Shown one piece after another: positions 39,831 through 50,436 of a stretch of 64,000 bases of DNA (positions are counted from its first letter, which is position 1; every line of letters starts with the position of its first letter). Origin of the DNA: Desulfobacterales bacterium (GTDB taxonomy: Bacteria > Desulfobacterota > Desulfobacteria > Desulfobacterales > UBA5852); assembly GCA_963674755.2 (NCBI GenBank), contig CAXXVS010000003.1, forward strand, positions 1,568,001-1,632,000, given 5' to 3'. A model generated the notes under the pieces. It was not told where the DNA came from. It saw only the letters and a program-made list of their open reading frames with translations, and searched no databases. The position numbers were made by a program, and so were the translations under genes.

Positions 39831-40412
39831 ATGAAAAGCTTGCGAACGACGTGTCTGCTGATAGCCCTGATCTTTTTTTTACCGCTGGCCGCGGACGCTC
39901 AGCAGGTTAAAGACTATTCCAGTACGATCAACAGTTTCAAATCATCCCCCCAGCTGCAATGGTTTTTTGATAATGCTTACGGCTATGCCGTTTTCCCGGT
40001 GGTGGGCAAGGCCGCGCTCATCGTTGGGGGGGGCTACGGGCAGGGGCAGGTCTACCGCCAAGGCCGGGTCACCGGAAGGACGGATCTGTTCCAGGCCTCC
40101 GTCGGCTTCCAGTGGGGGGGGCAGGCTTTCAGTGAGATCATTTTTTTCCGGGACAAGTGGGCCTACGACGCCTTCACGCGCGGTCAGTACGAATTCGATG
40201 CCAACGCTTCAGCCGTGGTGGTGACGGCCGGTGCCCAGGCCAAGGCCAGCAGCATGGGATCTTCGGCCAGTGCCTCGGCCGGCCCGCGCACCGGCGCGCA
40301 GTCACAGTCCTATTATGCTTCCAACGGCATGGCGCCGTTCGTCTACACCAAGGGCGGGCTGATGGCGGAACTGGCCATCGGCGGGCAGAAATTCACTTTC
40401 TCCCCGCTGTAG
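39831..40412 (+). CDS. Ysc84/SYLF lipid-binding domain exported protein
   Basis: Signal peptide, GYAVFPVVGK, QASVGFQWGGQ, KGGLMAELAIGGQKF; GAGGAGG RBS. Confidence 0.85.
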   Translation: MKSLRTTCLLIALIFFLPLAADAQQVKDYSSTINSFKSSPQLQWFFDNAYGYAVFPVVGKAALIVGGGYGQGQVYRQGRVTGRTDLFQASVGFQWGGQAFSEIIFFRDKWAYDAFTRGQYEFDANASAVVVTAGAQAKASSMGSSASASAGPRTGAQSQSYYASNGMAPFVYTKGGLMAELAIGGQKFTFSPL

Positions 40413-40432
40413 GACACAGCCGCTGTTCGCAT

Positions 40433-40483
40433 GCGGGCCGTACACCCGCTGCCCCCCCCCCCGTTGGCGGGGGTGCGGCCCGC
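40433..40483. terminator. GC-rich hairpin downstream of the Ysc84 gene
   Basis: GCGGGCCGTACACCCGC...GCGGGGTGCGGCCCGC; no clear U-tract. Confidence 0.35.
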
Positions 40484-40722
40484 AGCTGATGAAAAGGGCA
40501 ATGACGGCCGTCAGGCTGCCCTTCTCGGGCCTCTCCCCCCCTTCCTATCGGTCGGCAAAGCATTCCCCCTTCTCGTATAAAAAGGGCCGACCCCAAGCAG
40601 ACGCTGATCCGGCTTGGCCGAAGCCGGTGGCATCCCTCTTTGATTGATTCGCCGCAAATCCGGTTTATGTTGGTCAATACCATCCTGCGATCCGGAATCT
40701 GCCTTTTCAGAAAGGAGCCATC

Positions 40723-42402
40723 ATGGCCAAACCCATCAACCGCACCAGTAAACGAATCACCCAGCCCAAGTCCCAGGGGGCCTCCCAGGCCATGCTCTAC
40801 GCCGTGGGGCTCACCGAGAAAGACATGGCCAAGGCCCAGGTGGGCATCGCCAGCGTCTGGTACGAAGGCAACCCCTGCAACATGCACCTGGACCGGCTGG
40901 CGGCCGAGGTCAAAAAGGGGGTCGAGGCCGCCGGCTTGGTGGGCCTGCGCTTCAACACCATCGGGGTCAGCGACGGCATTTCCATGGGCACCGAGGGCAT
41001 GAGTTATTCCCTGCCCTCCCGGGACATCATCGCCGATTCCATCGAAACCGTCATGCGGGCCCAGTGGTATGACGCCAATATCGCCCTGCCGGGGTGCGAC
41101 AAAAACATGCCCGGCTGCCTGATCGCCATGGCCCGGGTCAACCGCCCGTCCCTCATGGTCTACGGCGGCACCATCCGGGCCGGGGAGCTGGACGGCCTCA
41201 AACTGGATATCGTATCGGCCTTCCAGAGCTACGGCGAGTACCTCGCAGGCACCATCGACGAAAACCGACGGCAGGCCATCGTCCGCAAGAGCTGCCCCGG
41301 GGCCGGGGCCTGCGGGGGGATGTACACGGCCAACACCATGGCCTCGGCCATCGAAGCCATGGGCATGGCCCTGCCCTACAGTGCCAGCCGGCCGGCCGAA
41401 TCCCTCCAAAAGCGGGAGGAGTGCCAGCGCGCCGGCGCGGCCATCCGACGGCTGCTGGAGGAAGACATCCGGCCGCGGGACATCATGACGCGCCGGGCGT
41501 TTGAAAACGCCCTGGTGGTCATTACGGTGCTGGGGGGATCCACCAACGCGGTGCTGCACCTGCTGGCCATGGCCCGGGCCGCGGATGTCTCCCTGACGCT
41601 TGGGGATTTCCAGGCGGTAAGCGACCGGGTTCCCCTGCTGGCGGATATGAAGCCCAGCGGATTCCATGTGCAGGAGGACCTTGACCGGGTGGGCGGTCTG
41701 CCGGCCCTGATGAAATATTTGCTGGCCGAAGGGCTGCTGGACGGCGACTGCATGACCGTGACCGGGGAGCGATTGGCGGAGAACCTGCGGGGGGTGCCGG
41801 ATCTGGCGGCGGGTCAAACCGTCATTCATGCGTTGGAAGATCCGGTCCATCCCCGGGGCCACATCCAGATTCTCAAAGGCAGTCTGGCCCCGGAGGGTGC
41901 CGTGGGGAAGATCACCGGCAAGGAGGGGACGTGCTTTTCCGGGCCGGCCCGGGTGTTCGATTCCGAAGAGGCCATGCTGGCCGCCCTGGAGGAGCAACGG
42001 ATTCAGGCCGGCGACGTGGTCGTCATCCGCTACGAAGGCCCCCAGGGGGGGCCGGGCATGCCGGAAATGCTGACGCCCACCTCCGCCATCATGGGGGCGG
42101 GGCTGGGGAAAAAGGTGGCCCTGCTGACGGACGGGCGTTTCTCAGGGGGCTCCCACGGTTTCATCGTGGGGCACATCACGCCCGAAGCCCAGGCGGGCGG
42201 CCCCGTCGCCCTGATCCGCGATGGGGATGCGATCACCATCGACGCGGCACACAATCGCATCGATGTGGAGGTAAGTGCCGCAGAGATGGCCGCGCGTCGT
42301 CGGGTCTGGTCGCCGCCGCCCTACAAGGCCGACCGGGGCATCCTCTACAAGTACATTAAAAGCGTGCGGCCGGCCTCGGAGGGCTGTGTGACCGACGCCT
42401 GA
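40723..42402 (+). CDS. ilvD: Dihydroxy-acid dehydratase
   Basis: [49 protein letters not shown]. Confidence 0.97.
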   Translation: MAKPINRTSKRITQPKSQGASQAMLYAVGLTEKDMAKAQVGIASVWYEGNPCNMHLDRLAAEVKKGVEAAGLVGLRFNTIGVSDGISMGTEGMSYSLPSRDIIADSIETVMRAQWYDANIALPGCDKNMPGCLIAMARVNRPSLMVYGGTIRAGELDGLKLDIVSAFQSYGEYLAGTIDENRRQAIVRKSCPGAGACGGMYTANTMASAIEAMGMALPYSASRPAESLQKREECQRAGAAIRRLLEEDIRPRDIMTRRAFENALVVITVLGGSTNAVLHLLAMARAADVSLTLGDFQAVSDRVPLLADMKPSGFHVQEDLDRVGGLPALMKYLLAEGLLDGDCMTVTGERLAENLRGVPDLAAGQTVIHALEDPVHPRGHIQILKGSLAPEGAVGKITGKEGTCFSGPARVFDSEEAMLAALEEQRIQAGDVVVIRYEGPQGGPGMPEMLTPTSAIMGAGLGKKVALLTDGRFSGGSHGFIVGHITPEAQAGGPVALIRDGDAITIDAAHNRIDVEVSAAEMAARRRVWSPPPYKADRGILYKYIKSVRPASEGCVTDA

Positions 42403-42408
42403 CAGGTT

Positions 42409-43059
42409 CTAAGCACCAGGGGACCCCATCAGCCCGTGCTCGTGCCGGGCCTCGAAGGCCGCGATGTCGTCCGCATAGGCCAGGGTCTGGGCGATGTCAT
42501 CCAACCCCTGCATCAATTTTTCCTTGATGCCCGCATCGATGTCGAACCGGAATACAGGCTGCTCAGGGGCGTTGAATGTGAGGGTCTGGCTTTCCAGATC
42601 GGCCGTGGCCGTCAGGCCCTCATGGCGTTCAACCAGCTGAAAAATGAGATCGACCTCGGGTTCGGACAGTTCGATCGTTAAAAGCCCGTTCTTGACCGCA
42701 TTCTGCCGAAAGATGTCGGCAAACGCCGGCAGCCGTTCGCCGTCCGTCGTCTTCCAGGGTGCCACGATCACGCGGTAGCCGTCCTGGGCCAGGGCCCAGA
42801 CGGCATGCTCCCGGCTGGAGCCGCAGCCGAAGTTGTTGCGCGTGACCAGGAGGGAGTGGTCTTTAAAGCGGGGGGCATTGAGCTCGAAGTCTTCATTCGG
42901 CGACCCGTCGGGCTTGTAGCGCCAATCGAAGAAGGCATTTGGCCCGTAGCCGGTGCGCTTGATGGATTTCAGGAACTGCTTGGGGATGATGGCGTCCGTA
43001 TCCACGTTGGCGCGGTTGAGCGTCGCCACGAGGCCGGTGTGACGGTCGAAAGGTGTCAT
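42409..43059 (-). CDS. leuD: 3-isopropylmalate dehydratase small subunit
   Basis: NVDTDAIIPKQFL, NFGCGSSREHA, FADIF. Confidence 0.96.
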   Translation of the reverse strand: MTPFDRHTGLVATLNRANVDTDAIIPKQFLKSIKRTGYGPNAFFDWRYKPDGSPNEDFELNAPRFKDHSLLVTRNNFGCGSSREHAVWALAQDGYRVIVAPWKTTDGERLPAFADIFRQNAVKNGLLTIELSEPEVDLIFQLVERHEGLTATADLESQTLTFNAPEQPVFRFDIDAGIKEKLMQGLDDIAQTLAYADDIAAFEARHEHGLMGSPGA

Positions 43060-43077
43060 GATGCGTGATCTCCCGTT

Positions 43078-44487
43078 CTATTGTGCAAGCCAGGACCGAA
43101 TGTCCACGAATTTGCCGGCCACCGCCGCGGCGGCCGCCATTTCGGGGCTGACCAGATGGGTGCGGCCGCCCTTGCCCTGGCGCCCCTCGAAGTTGCGGTT
43201 GGAGGTAGAGGCGCAGCGCTGCCGGGGGCGCAGCTGGTCCGGATTCATACCCAGGCACATGCTGCAGCCGGCATAGCGCCACTCGGCGCCGGCGGCTTTG
43301 AAAATGCGGTCCAGACCTTCGGCTTCGGCCTGCTCCCGCACAGCCTGGGAGCCCGGCACCACCAGCAGCTGCACGTGGGGTGCTTTCTGGCGTCCGTCGA
43401 GAATGGCCGCCGCCCGGCGCATATCCTCGATGCGGGCATTGGTGCAGCTGCCGATAAAGACCACGTCCACATCCACGTCCGTCATCCGGGTGCCCGGCGT
43501 CAATCCCATGTAAGTCAGCGCATTTTCAAGATCGGCGCGGTTGTAACGGCTGTCCGTATCCGGGCCGGGCACCGGCTGGTCGATGTCCATGACCATGCCG
43601 GGGTTCGTACCCCAGGTGATCTGGGGGGCGATGGCGCCGGCATCGATGGTCAGGGTGCGGTCGAACACGGCATCCGGGTCGCTGGGCAGCGTTTTCCAGA
43701 AAGCCATGGCGCGCTCCAAGGCCTCCCCCTGGGGGGCATAGGGGCGTTTCCCGCGGGCGATGTAATCGAAAGTGGTCTCGTCCGGTGCGATCATGCCGGC
43801 CCGGGCCCCGCCTTCGATACTCATGTTGCAGATCGTCATGCGGGCTTCCATGGACAGGGCGCGAATGGCCTCCCCCGCGTATTCCAGCACGTGGCCGGAC
43901 CCGCCGGCCGTGCCGATCCGGCCGATCAGGTGCAGCACCATGTCCTTGGAAAAAACATGGGGTTGCAGCCGGCCGGTAAACTCGACACGGTAGGTGCCCG
44001 GCTTTTTCTGGATCAGGGTCTGGGTAGCCAGCACATGTTCCACCTCCGAAGTGCCGATGCCGAAAGCCAGGGCGCCGAAGGCGCCGTGGGTGGAGGTGTG
44101 GGAATCGCCGCACACGATGGTCAGCCCCGGCAGGGTGATGCCCAATTCCGGCCCGATCATATGGACGATGCCCTGGTAGGGATGGCCCAGGTCGAACAGC
44201 GTGATATCGAAATCCCGGCAGTTGGTCCGCAGCGCCTCCACCTGGGCCCGGGAGACGGGATCTTCGATATTGAAACGGTCCGCGGTGGTGGGGACGTTGT
44301 GGTCCATGGTGGCGAAGGAGAGGTCCGGCCGGCGGACCCGGCGCCCGGCCAGGCGCATGCCCTCGAAAGCCTGGGGGCTGGTGACCTCGTGCACCAGATG
44401 ACGATCGATGTAGAGCAGCACCGATTCGTCGGGCAGCTTGCGAACCACATGGGCATCCCAGATTTTTTGGAAAAGCGTTTTCCCCAT
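43078..44487 (-). CDS. leuC: 3-isopropylmalate dehydratase large subunit
   Basis: [48 protein letters not shown]. Confidence 0.97.
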   Translation of the reverse strand: MGKTLFQKIWDAHVVRKLPDESVLLYIDRHLVHEVTSPQAFEGMRLAGRRVRRPDLSFATMDHNVPTTADRFNIEDPVSRAQVEALRTNCRDFDITLFDLGHPYQGIVHMIGPELGITLPGLTIVCGDSHTSTHGAFGALAFGIGTSEVEHVLATQTLIQKKPGTYRVEFTGRLQPHVFSKDMVLHLIGRIGTAGGSGHVLEYAGEAIRALSMEARMTICNMSIEGGARAGMIAPDETTFDYIARGKRPYAPQGEALERAMAFWKTLPSDPDAVFDRTLTIDAGAIAPQITWGTNPGMVMDIDQPVPGPDTDSRYNRADLENALTYMGLTPGTRMTDVDVDVVFIGSCTNARIEDMRRAAAILDGRQKAPHVQLLVVPGSQAVREQAEAEGLDRIFKAAGAEWRYAGCSMCLGMNPDQLRPRQRCASTSNRNFEGRQGKGGRTHLVSPEMAAAAAVAGKFVDIRSWLAQ

Positions 44488-44706
44488 GGCAAAAGACCTT
44501 TCGTGTAGATATTTTTTTATTCAGGCAGGGCTTGCGGTAACGCCCGACCGATTAACATGGCAAGAAGAACACGGATCGTCAACTCCTGTTATCAGGGTCG
44601 CCAAATTCAGAAAAGGGATTATGGTAAGGATTCTACGTGTCGTGATGCACACGAAGTTTCGGGACATACGGTGGAAAAGCGCTAAACGCCAACGACAGGA
44701 GCAGGT

Positions 44707-46443
44707 ATGCAGGGCAAAGAACTCGTCCTCAAAGCGTTGAAGGACAGGGGCGTAAGATACATTTTCGGTTATACCGGCGGCGCCATCATGCCGGTTTTCG
44801 ACGAAATGGAAAAACAGAAGTGTTTCGATTTTATCATGTCCCGGCATGAGCAGGGGGCGGCCTTCATGGCCCAGGGCCTTTCCCGGGCCTCGGTCACGAC
44901 GGCGCGTCCCCGGATCGGGGTCTGCATGGCCACTTCGGGCCCCGGCGCCATGAATCTGGTGACGGGAATTGCGGATGCCGGTATGGATTCGGTGCCGCTC
45001 CTGGCCATCACCGGTCAGGTACCCTCCGGCGTGATCGCCACGGACGCCTTCCAGGAGAGCGATGTGGTGGGTGTCATGATGCCCATCAGCAAACAGACCT
45101 ATATGCCCCTGTCGGCCGACAGCATCGAGGAGACCATCCATGAAGCGCTCTATGTGGCCGGTACCGGCCGGGGCGGGCCGGTGGTGGTGGACATCCCCAA
45201 GGACGTTCAACTCCAGGCGTCTTCAGCGGGGTATCGGTTCGATCCCGAGGCCTACACCCCCGACCTGCCGGGGTTCCACTATTCCCCCCAGCCCGAACGG
45301 GAGCGGTTGCAGCAGGCCGTGAGAATGATCAACCGCTGTGAAAAGCCCGTCATCCTCTGCGGCCACGGCGTCATCACCGCCAAGGCCAGTGCCGCGCTAC
45401 GGCGTTTTGCCGAGCGGGCCAACATACCGGTGGCCTTTACCCTGCACGGCCTTTCGGCGCTTCCGGTAGACCATCCCCTGAGTCTCGGCATGGTCGGCAT
45501 GCACGGTACGGTGGAATCCAACCGGGCCCTGCTGAACGCCGACCTGATCCTGTCCTTCGGCATGCGCTTCGACGATCGGGTGACCGGCAATCTGGAGGCT
45601 TTCGGGGTGAACGCCCGGGTGATCCATGTGGAGATCGACCCGTCGGAAATCGACAAGAACGTTCCGACGGCGGTGGCCATCAATGCCGATGCCGGGGAAG
45701 TGCTCAAACGCCTGGGACAGGACCCCGAATTGACGTCCAAACCGCGGCGGCGCTGGTTCGATGAGATCGATGCCCACCGCCGGGAAATCGCCGGTCTTCT
45801 GCGCGCTGAGATCGAAGGCGGTGTCGGCCGCGAAGGGCAATTGCTGATGAAACGGATCGTGTGGGACCTCTCCCGCCTTACCAAGGGCAAGGACATCGTT
45901 GTGGCCGATGTGGGGCAGCACCAGATGATCGCGGCCCGCTTCTACAACTTCCAGACGGTCAACAGCTGGTTTACTTCCGGCGGGGCCGGCACCATGGGGT
46001 GTGCCCTGCCCATGGCCGTCGGCGTGAAGCTGGCCCGGCCGGAGGAGCAGGTCTGGGCGGTCATGGGCGATGGGGGTTTTCAGATGAACATCCAGGAGCT
46101 GGGCACCATCATGGAACACGATGTGGATATCAAGATCCTGCTGATGAACAACGGCTATCTGGGCATGGTGCGCCAGTGGCAAACCCTGTTTTATGACGGC
46201 CGCTATGCCGGTACTCCCATGAAAAATCCTGACTTCGGCGCCATCGCAGGCGCCTACGGCATTCCCTACCGGCAGGTGCAGACGGTGGAAGAGATCGTAC
46301 CGGCCCTCGAGGATGCGGCTTCCCGCAAGGGGGCCTATCTGGTGGAATTTCGCTGCGACCCCAGCGAGGTGGTGCTGCCCATGGTACCCGCGGGCGGCGG
46401 CATTGCCGACATGATCGTTGCTTTGGAGGAAAAAGCCCCATGA
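44707..46443 (+). CDS. ilvB: Acetolactate synthase large subunit
   Basis: FGYTGGAIMP, RHEQGA, TSGPGA, RFDDRVTG, DVGQHQM, GDGGFQM, GMVRQWQ. Confidence 0.95.
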   Translation: MQGKELVLKALKDRGVRYIFGYTGGAIMPVFDEMEKQKCFDFIMSRHEQGAAFMAQGLSRASVTTARPRIGVCMATSGPGAMNLVTGIADAGMDSVPLLAITGQVPSGVIATDAFQESDVVGVMMPISKQTYMPLSADSIEETIHEALYVAGTGRGGPVVVDIPKDVQLQASSAGYRFDPEAYTPDLPGFHYSPQPERERLQQAVRMINRCEKPVILCGHGVITAKASAALRRFAERANIPVAFTLHGLSALPVDHPLSLGMVGMHGTVESNRALLNADLILSFGMRFDDRVTGNLEAFGVNARVIHVEIDPSEIDKNVPTAVAINADAGEVLKRLGQDPELTSKPRRRWFDEIDAHRREIAGLLRAEIEGGVGREGQLLMKRIVWDLSRLTKGKDIVVADVGQHQMIAARFYNFQTVNSWFTSGGAGTMGCALPMAVGVKLARPEEQVWAVMGDGGFQMNIQELGTIMEHDVDIKILLMNNGYLGMVRQWQTLFYDGRYAGTPMKNPDFGAIAGAYGIPYRQVQTVEEIVPALEDAASRKGAYLVEFRCDPSEVVLPMVPAGGGIADMIVALEEKAP

Positions 46444-46928
46444 CGGCCCGAGCGGAAATGAAACGACGCGCCATGTTGATTTACACCCTTGACCGACCCG
46501 GCGTGCTGAACAAGATCTCCATGCTGATCCGGCGCAAGATGTACAACGTCGAGACCATCACGGCCTGCAAGACCCTGCGGCCCGGCATCAGCCGGATGAC
46601 CCTGACCCTGCGGGAGGACCGCGATGATAAGATGCGGCAGGTGATCCGCCAGGTGGAGAAGATGACCGAGGTGGTCGCAGCCCGGGAGCTCGATATCGAT
46701 CAGAGCTTCTGGCGGGAGGTGGCCATCGTCAAGTTCGAGGCCGAACCCGAACGCTTCGCCCGTCTCGAACAGGACTATGTCTTCGAAGTGATCGACCGCC
46801 AGAACCATGAATTGTTCATCGTTCAGATCGCGGGGACCTCCCAGCGAATCGATGATTTCCTGGAGGCCATCGGCAGCGATAAACTCGTGGAGGCCGCCCG
46901 GTCCGGATTTACGGCCCTGGAGCGTTAG
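46440..46928 (+). CDS. ilvN: Acetolactate synthase small regulatory subunit
   Basis: DRPGVLNKISMLIRRKMYNVETI (ACT domain), ARSGFTAL; ATGA overlap with ilvB. Confidence 0.88.
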   Translation: MTARAEMKRRAMLIYTLDRPGVLNKISMLIRRKMYNVETITACKTLRPGISRMTLTLREDRDDKMRQVIRQVEKMTEVVAARELDIDQSFWREVAIVKFEAEPERFARLEQDYVFEVIDRQNHELFIVQIAGTSQRIDDFLEAIGSDKLVEAARSGFTALER

Positions 46929-46959
46929 CCCCTCGGGCCGGGCGCTGGTAGGTGCGGGG

Positions 46960-47469
46960 TCAGGCGAGGACCCGGTGGACCAAATAGATCTCCCATGACA
47001 CCACGCCCAGGAAGGCCGCCAGAATGACATACAGCAACAGGTCGGCCTTCAACCACTGGGATGCGATGAAGCGATCGCGGAACACCACCAAAACGACCAG
47101 GCCGGCGCTGGTCAGGGCGTACTTGACCAACAGGAAGGGATAGGGGCCCAACCCGAGGTAAAACGCCATGACCGGATTGATCTCCATGGCCCCATGGTTG
47201 ATCAGCACGAGGGTCAGGATGGCGTCGATGACGCTCAAAAACAGGATAATGACGATGACGCCGAACAGGGATTGCTGATAGCGGTCGACATAGCTCCATT
47301 TCCGCCGGTCTTCCCGGCGCCGGATTTTTTCCCGCCGGCCGCCCCACAGCAGCGATCGAAAAGTGAGCCGGTGCGTGCCGCGCCGATCACCCCCCGACCT
47401 TCTTTCCGGCGGGGGGGTGCCCTGGGACCTCCCGGTCTTCGGATGTTTCATCATTTTTTTTCCATCCAT
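46960..47469 (-). CDS. Small membrane protein (DUF5658-like) with Arg-rich N-terminus
   Basis: ERRSGGDRR, RRREDRR, LSVIDAILT, EINPVM, FLLVKY. Confidence 0.7.
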   Translation of the reverse strand: MDGKKMMKHPKTGRSQGTPPPERRSGGDRRGTHRLTFRSLLWGGRREKIRRREDRRKWSYVDRYQQSLFGVIVIILFLSVIDAILTLVLINHGAMEINPVMAFYLGLGPYPFLLVKYALTSAGLVVLVVFRDRFIASQWLKADLLLYVILAAFLGVVSWEIYLVHRVLA

Positions 47470-47805
47470 GGTCTATGACGTCGGTCTTTGTGTTCGGGCG
47501 GCCCTTGCCTCCCGGTATGACCAGAAAGACGTGGCCGGGCATCAACGATCCTGTTTTTGTGTCTACTCTTGTGTCTACTCTTGAACTTAATGCAAATATT
47601 ATACAATTGAAGTCCAGTGCGCCATATTTTTGATTCGTATATGGATTTCAACATGTTGCGCAAGATGAAAAAGGTTCGTGGAGGACAAGGGGTGGGAAAT
47701 GTTTTTCTTAAAACGGTGCAAAACAGGCCCACAGGACAGAAAGGGGATCCCGGCGCGTGTCCTCCGGGAAGACCATGCGGTCGCTGACGAGCAGGGCGTT
47801 TCCCC

Positions 47806-48945
47806 TCAAAGGGTCAGGAGGTTCTCTCCCGCTTTTTTCAAAGCGTTTTCCCCGGCAACTTTGGCCAGGATGCGGCCCGGACGGGCAAAGCGGTCCACGC
47901 TGCGGGCAAACAGCACGCCGTCGGTGGTGGCTCTGATCGGACAAACCCGTTTCTTGACGTCAGCCAGCGGATTGACGACCTCGGCCACCAGTTCGCCTGC
48001 AGCCACCATTTCGCCCGGTGCTTTATGAAAGACCACCACCCCCGGGCAGGGGGCTTTGAGGTGTTCCACGCCGCTTAGGGGGGTGGCGTGGCGGGGCAGA
48101 TTCGGCAGGGGCGGTCTATCGCCCTTGATAAGCCCCCGTCGAATGAGGAAGGCCATGATGTTGTCGGCGTCCTGTCCGGCGGTTTCATGGGAGAGATCGG
48201 CCAGACCCCGCAGCTCAACTGTTGCGGCCAGGCAGGCCGGTGGAATGGGATGGTCAGGGAAGCGGGCGGCCAGCCGGAACCAGATGCGGCTGCAGGCTTC
48301 GTCAAAGGGTGTCACCCCGGAGTCATCCGCCAGAAGGGTGGCCCGGGCTCCGAGCTGAGCCGGCAGATCCCGGCCCCGCGGCCAGAGGGACTGCCCCATG
48401 TAGACGTGCAGGACGGCCTGGTAGTCACAGTGCAGGTCCAGCACGATGTCGGCGTCATAGGCCAGGGACAGCAGCGTCAGCTTCAGATGGCCGGCTTCGT
48501 CCTCGGCGGTCAGGGTGCCCAAAACCCTGCCGGTGGCCTCCCGGATCAAACGGATATTGCCGTCCGATCCATCCCCGAGAGGGTCTTTGACAAGCTCGGC
48601 AACCTTGTCGGCCATATCGGGAAATCGGCGGTTGAAGTTGATACCGTTCCAGAAATCGAACCGCCCCTGGAGCCAGTCGTCCCGCCACTGGCTGATCCCG
48701 ATGGGGTTGGCCACCGGTACGAGAACGATTTCGCCGGCAATGGCTCCCCGGGCGTCAGCCCGGTCCAGGCGCTCCAAAAGATGGTGCATGACGAGGAACC
48801 CCGGGGCTTCGTCCGCATGCAGACCGGCCTGCAGATAGGCCTTGGCCGGATGGGAGCGGTCGCCATAGCGATGGACAGTCAGGGTGCGGGTGTTGCCCAT
48901 GCTGGCGCCGGGCAGCGTTAGCGATTCAACAGTGTGGCTGGACAT
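47806..48945 (-). CDS. Succinylglutamate desuccinylase/aspartoacylase family (M14-like) hydrolase
   Basis: QAGLHADE, VPVANPIG, NFNR, LDLHCD, TVELRG. Confidence 0.88.
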   Translation of the reverse strand: MSSHTVESLTLPGASMGNTRTLTVHRYGDRSHPAKAYLQAGLHADEAPGFLVMHHLLERLDRADARGAIAGEIVLVPVANPIGISQWRDDWLQGRFDFWNGINFNRRFPDMADKVAELVKDPLGDGSDGNIRLIREATGRVLGTLTAEDEAGHLKLTLLSLAYDADIVLDLHCDYQAVLHVYMGQSLWPRGRDLPAQLGARATLLADDSGVTPFDEACSRIWFRLAARFPDHPIPPACLAATVELRGLADLSHETAGQDADNIMAFLIRRGLIKGDRPPLPNLPRHATPLSGVEHLKAPCPGVVVFHKAPGEMVAAGELVAEVVNPLADVKKRVCPIRATTDGVLFARSVDRFARPGRILAKVAGENALKKAGENLLTL

Positions 48946-49205
48946 GGTCGGACCTTTTCTATGCTAAGCGGTATCGAGGGACACCCGGGGCCGCAGGTGG
49001 GCGAACCAGCGGGGCCCTATCTTTTCGAGCAGAAAGACCGGGACGATGGCCCGGGCGGCTATGGTGACCATCCGGCCGATAGAGGTCAGGGTGGGGCGGG
49101 TGGGCCAACGGCCCCCGGCGATGCGGACGGAGAAGAGGATTCGTGGCGGCCCGCCGACCGGCAGGTGCCGGCTTGCCTTGAAGGAAAAAATCGCAGTCCC
49201 CTGAC

Positions 49206-49254
49206 AAAAAAACAGGGCCGGCCGCATCCTGAGGGATCGGAGGCCCTGTTTTTT
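49206..49254 (-). terminator. Rho-independent terminator after the cold-shock gene (possibly bidirectional)
   Basis: AAAAAAACAGGGCC...GGCCCTGTTTTTT inverted repeat with T/A tracts at both ends. Confidence 0.75.
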
Positions 49255-49268
49255 CCGTTTACGTGAAT

Positions 49269-49469
49269 TTATGCTACCGTGACGTTGGCCGCTGAAGGGC
49301 CTTTTTGCCCCTGCTCCACGTCGAAGGTCACGCGGTCGCCCTCTTTGAGCGAGCGAAAACCGGTCGCATTGATGGCTGAATGATGCACGAAGACATCCGG
49401 GCCGTCTTCCTGCTCGATGAAGCCATAGCCTTTCTGGTCATTAAACCATTTGACAACGCCATTTGCCAT
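49269..49469 (-). CDS. Cold-shock protein, CspA family
   Basis: [34 protein letters not shown]. Confidence 0.97.
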   Translation of the reverse strand: MANGVVKWFNDQKGYGFIEQEDGPDVFVHHSAINATGFRSLKEGDRVTFDVEQGQKGPSAANVTVA

Positions 49470-49804
49470 GGTGACACCCCCTTTCTAAAGAATATTCATC
49501 GTTTTCTACTTCAGGCTGCCACTGGGCCAAATGGCGAAAAACGACCTAAAGGAATCGGCCCGACGTTTCCAGAATGTCTGGCGCGAGCCCTGATGATAGT
49601 GTCTATCTTTACTGATTTCCCAGTCGTTGTGCAAGTAGATTGTGGCCGTTGCAGCCCCTTGATCCGATGTCCGGGAAGCCATACTATGCATAAGTCGGCG
49701 GGTCGGTCGATGCGGAAGGCCGTTATCGCGTGCCTATCCGGGGGGCGTCGCTTTTGATCGGGGTTGACGCGTACAGGATGGCATGCAGGCAGTGGGGGTG
49801 TATA

Positions 49805-50350
49805 ATGAAGACCATGATGAGCGCGCCGGCCGCCAGCGGTGCTTGGGACACCACCCGTCGCAGCCTACCCTTCCCTCTCGTGTTGCTGGGTTGTGCGGTG
49901 CTTGCAGGATGCGCCGGTATGTTGCGCGGCTACGAGGGGACAGCGGCCCGTCCTGATAATCGGTTGCCGCTGGCGGCCATGTCGGACAAAGCGGCGCTGT
50001 GGCAGGGAAAAGATGTGACGATCCATTACAGCGCCGCAGTGAAGGCCGATGGACTGCAGATCAGCGGTTCGGTCGAGCGCCTGAACACCATCAAGCATTA
50101 TTCTGCGGTCCAATATTTTCGGATTTACATCCATTTTTTGACCGCCGACGGCATCATCCTATCCACCAAACGGCTGTGGTCGGCAGGGCCCGGTATCGAC
50201 AGCACGCTCATTCGTTGGACTTTCGACAGGCACTACCCGCTTCCCGCCGGAGCCGCGGCCATCGGTTTCAGTTACCGGGGAGCCTTTTCTGACGGGGGCG
50301 ACGACGGCTCCCCCGGTCAAACCGGCTGGGAAGTCTGGGAGCGACCCTGA
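49805..50350 (+). CDS. Putative lipoprotein
   Basis: Hydrophobic stretch ending in lipobox LAGC; start uncertain. Confidence 0.65.
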   Translation: MKTMMSAPAASGAWDTTRRSLPFPLVLLGCAVLAGCAGMLRGYEGTAARPDNRLPLAAMSDKAALWQGKDVTIHYSAAVKADGLQISGSVERLNTIKHYSAVQYFRIYIHFLTADGIILSTKRLWSAGPGIDSTLIRWTFDRHYPLPAGAAAIGFSYRGAFSDGGDDGSPGQTGWEVWERP

Positions 50351-50436
50351 ACGCTTCCTTGACCTGTATCAATGCGCTGCATACCCTCTTGCCGGTAAGG
50401 TTGAGGGAACATAACCGCCACGATCGAGATGGGCCC

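Noticed and set aside
44510..44560. Leu/Ile leader peptide ([13 protein letters not shown]) and attenuator upstream of leuC
   Set aside because: No run of Leu codons, and the hairpin is followed by an A-tract, not a U-tract, on the coding strand
47558..47582. TTGTGTCTACT(C) direct repeat as a functional element
   Set aside because: Only two short copies; it might be a regulator site, but nothing else supports this
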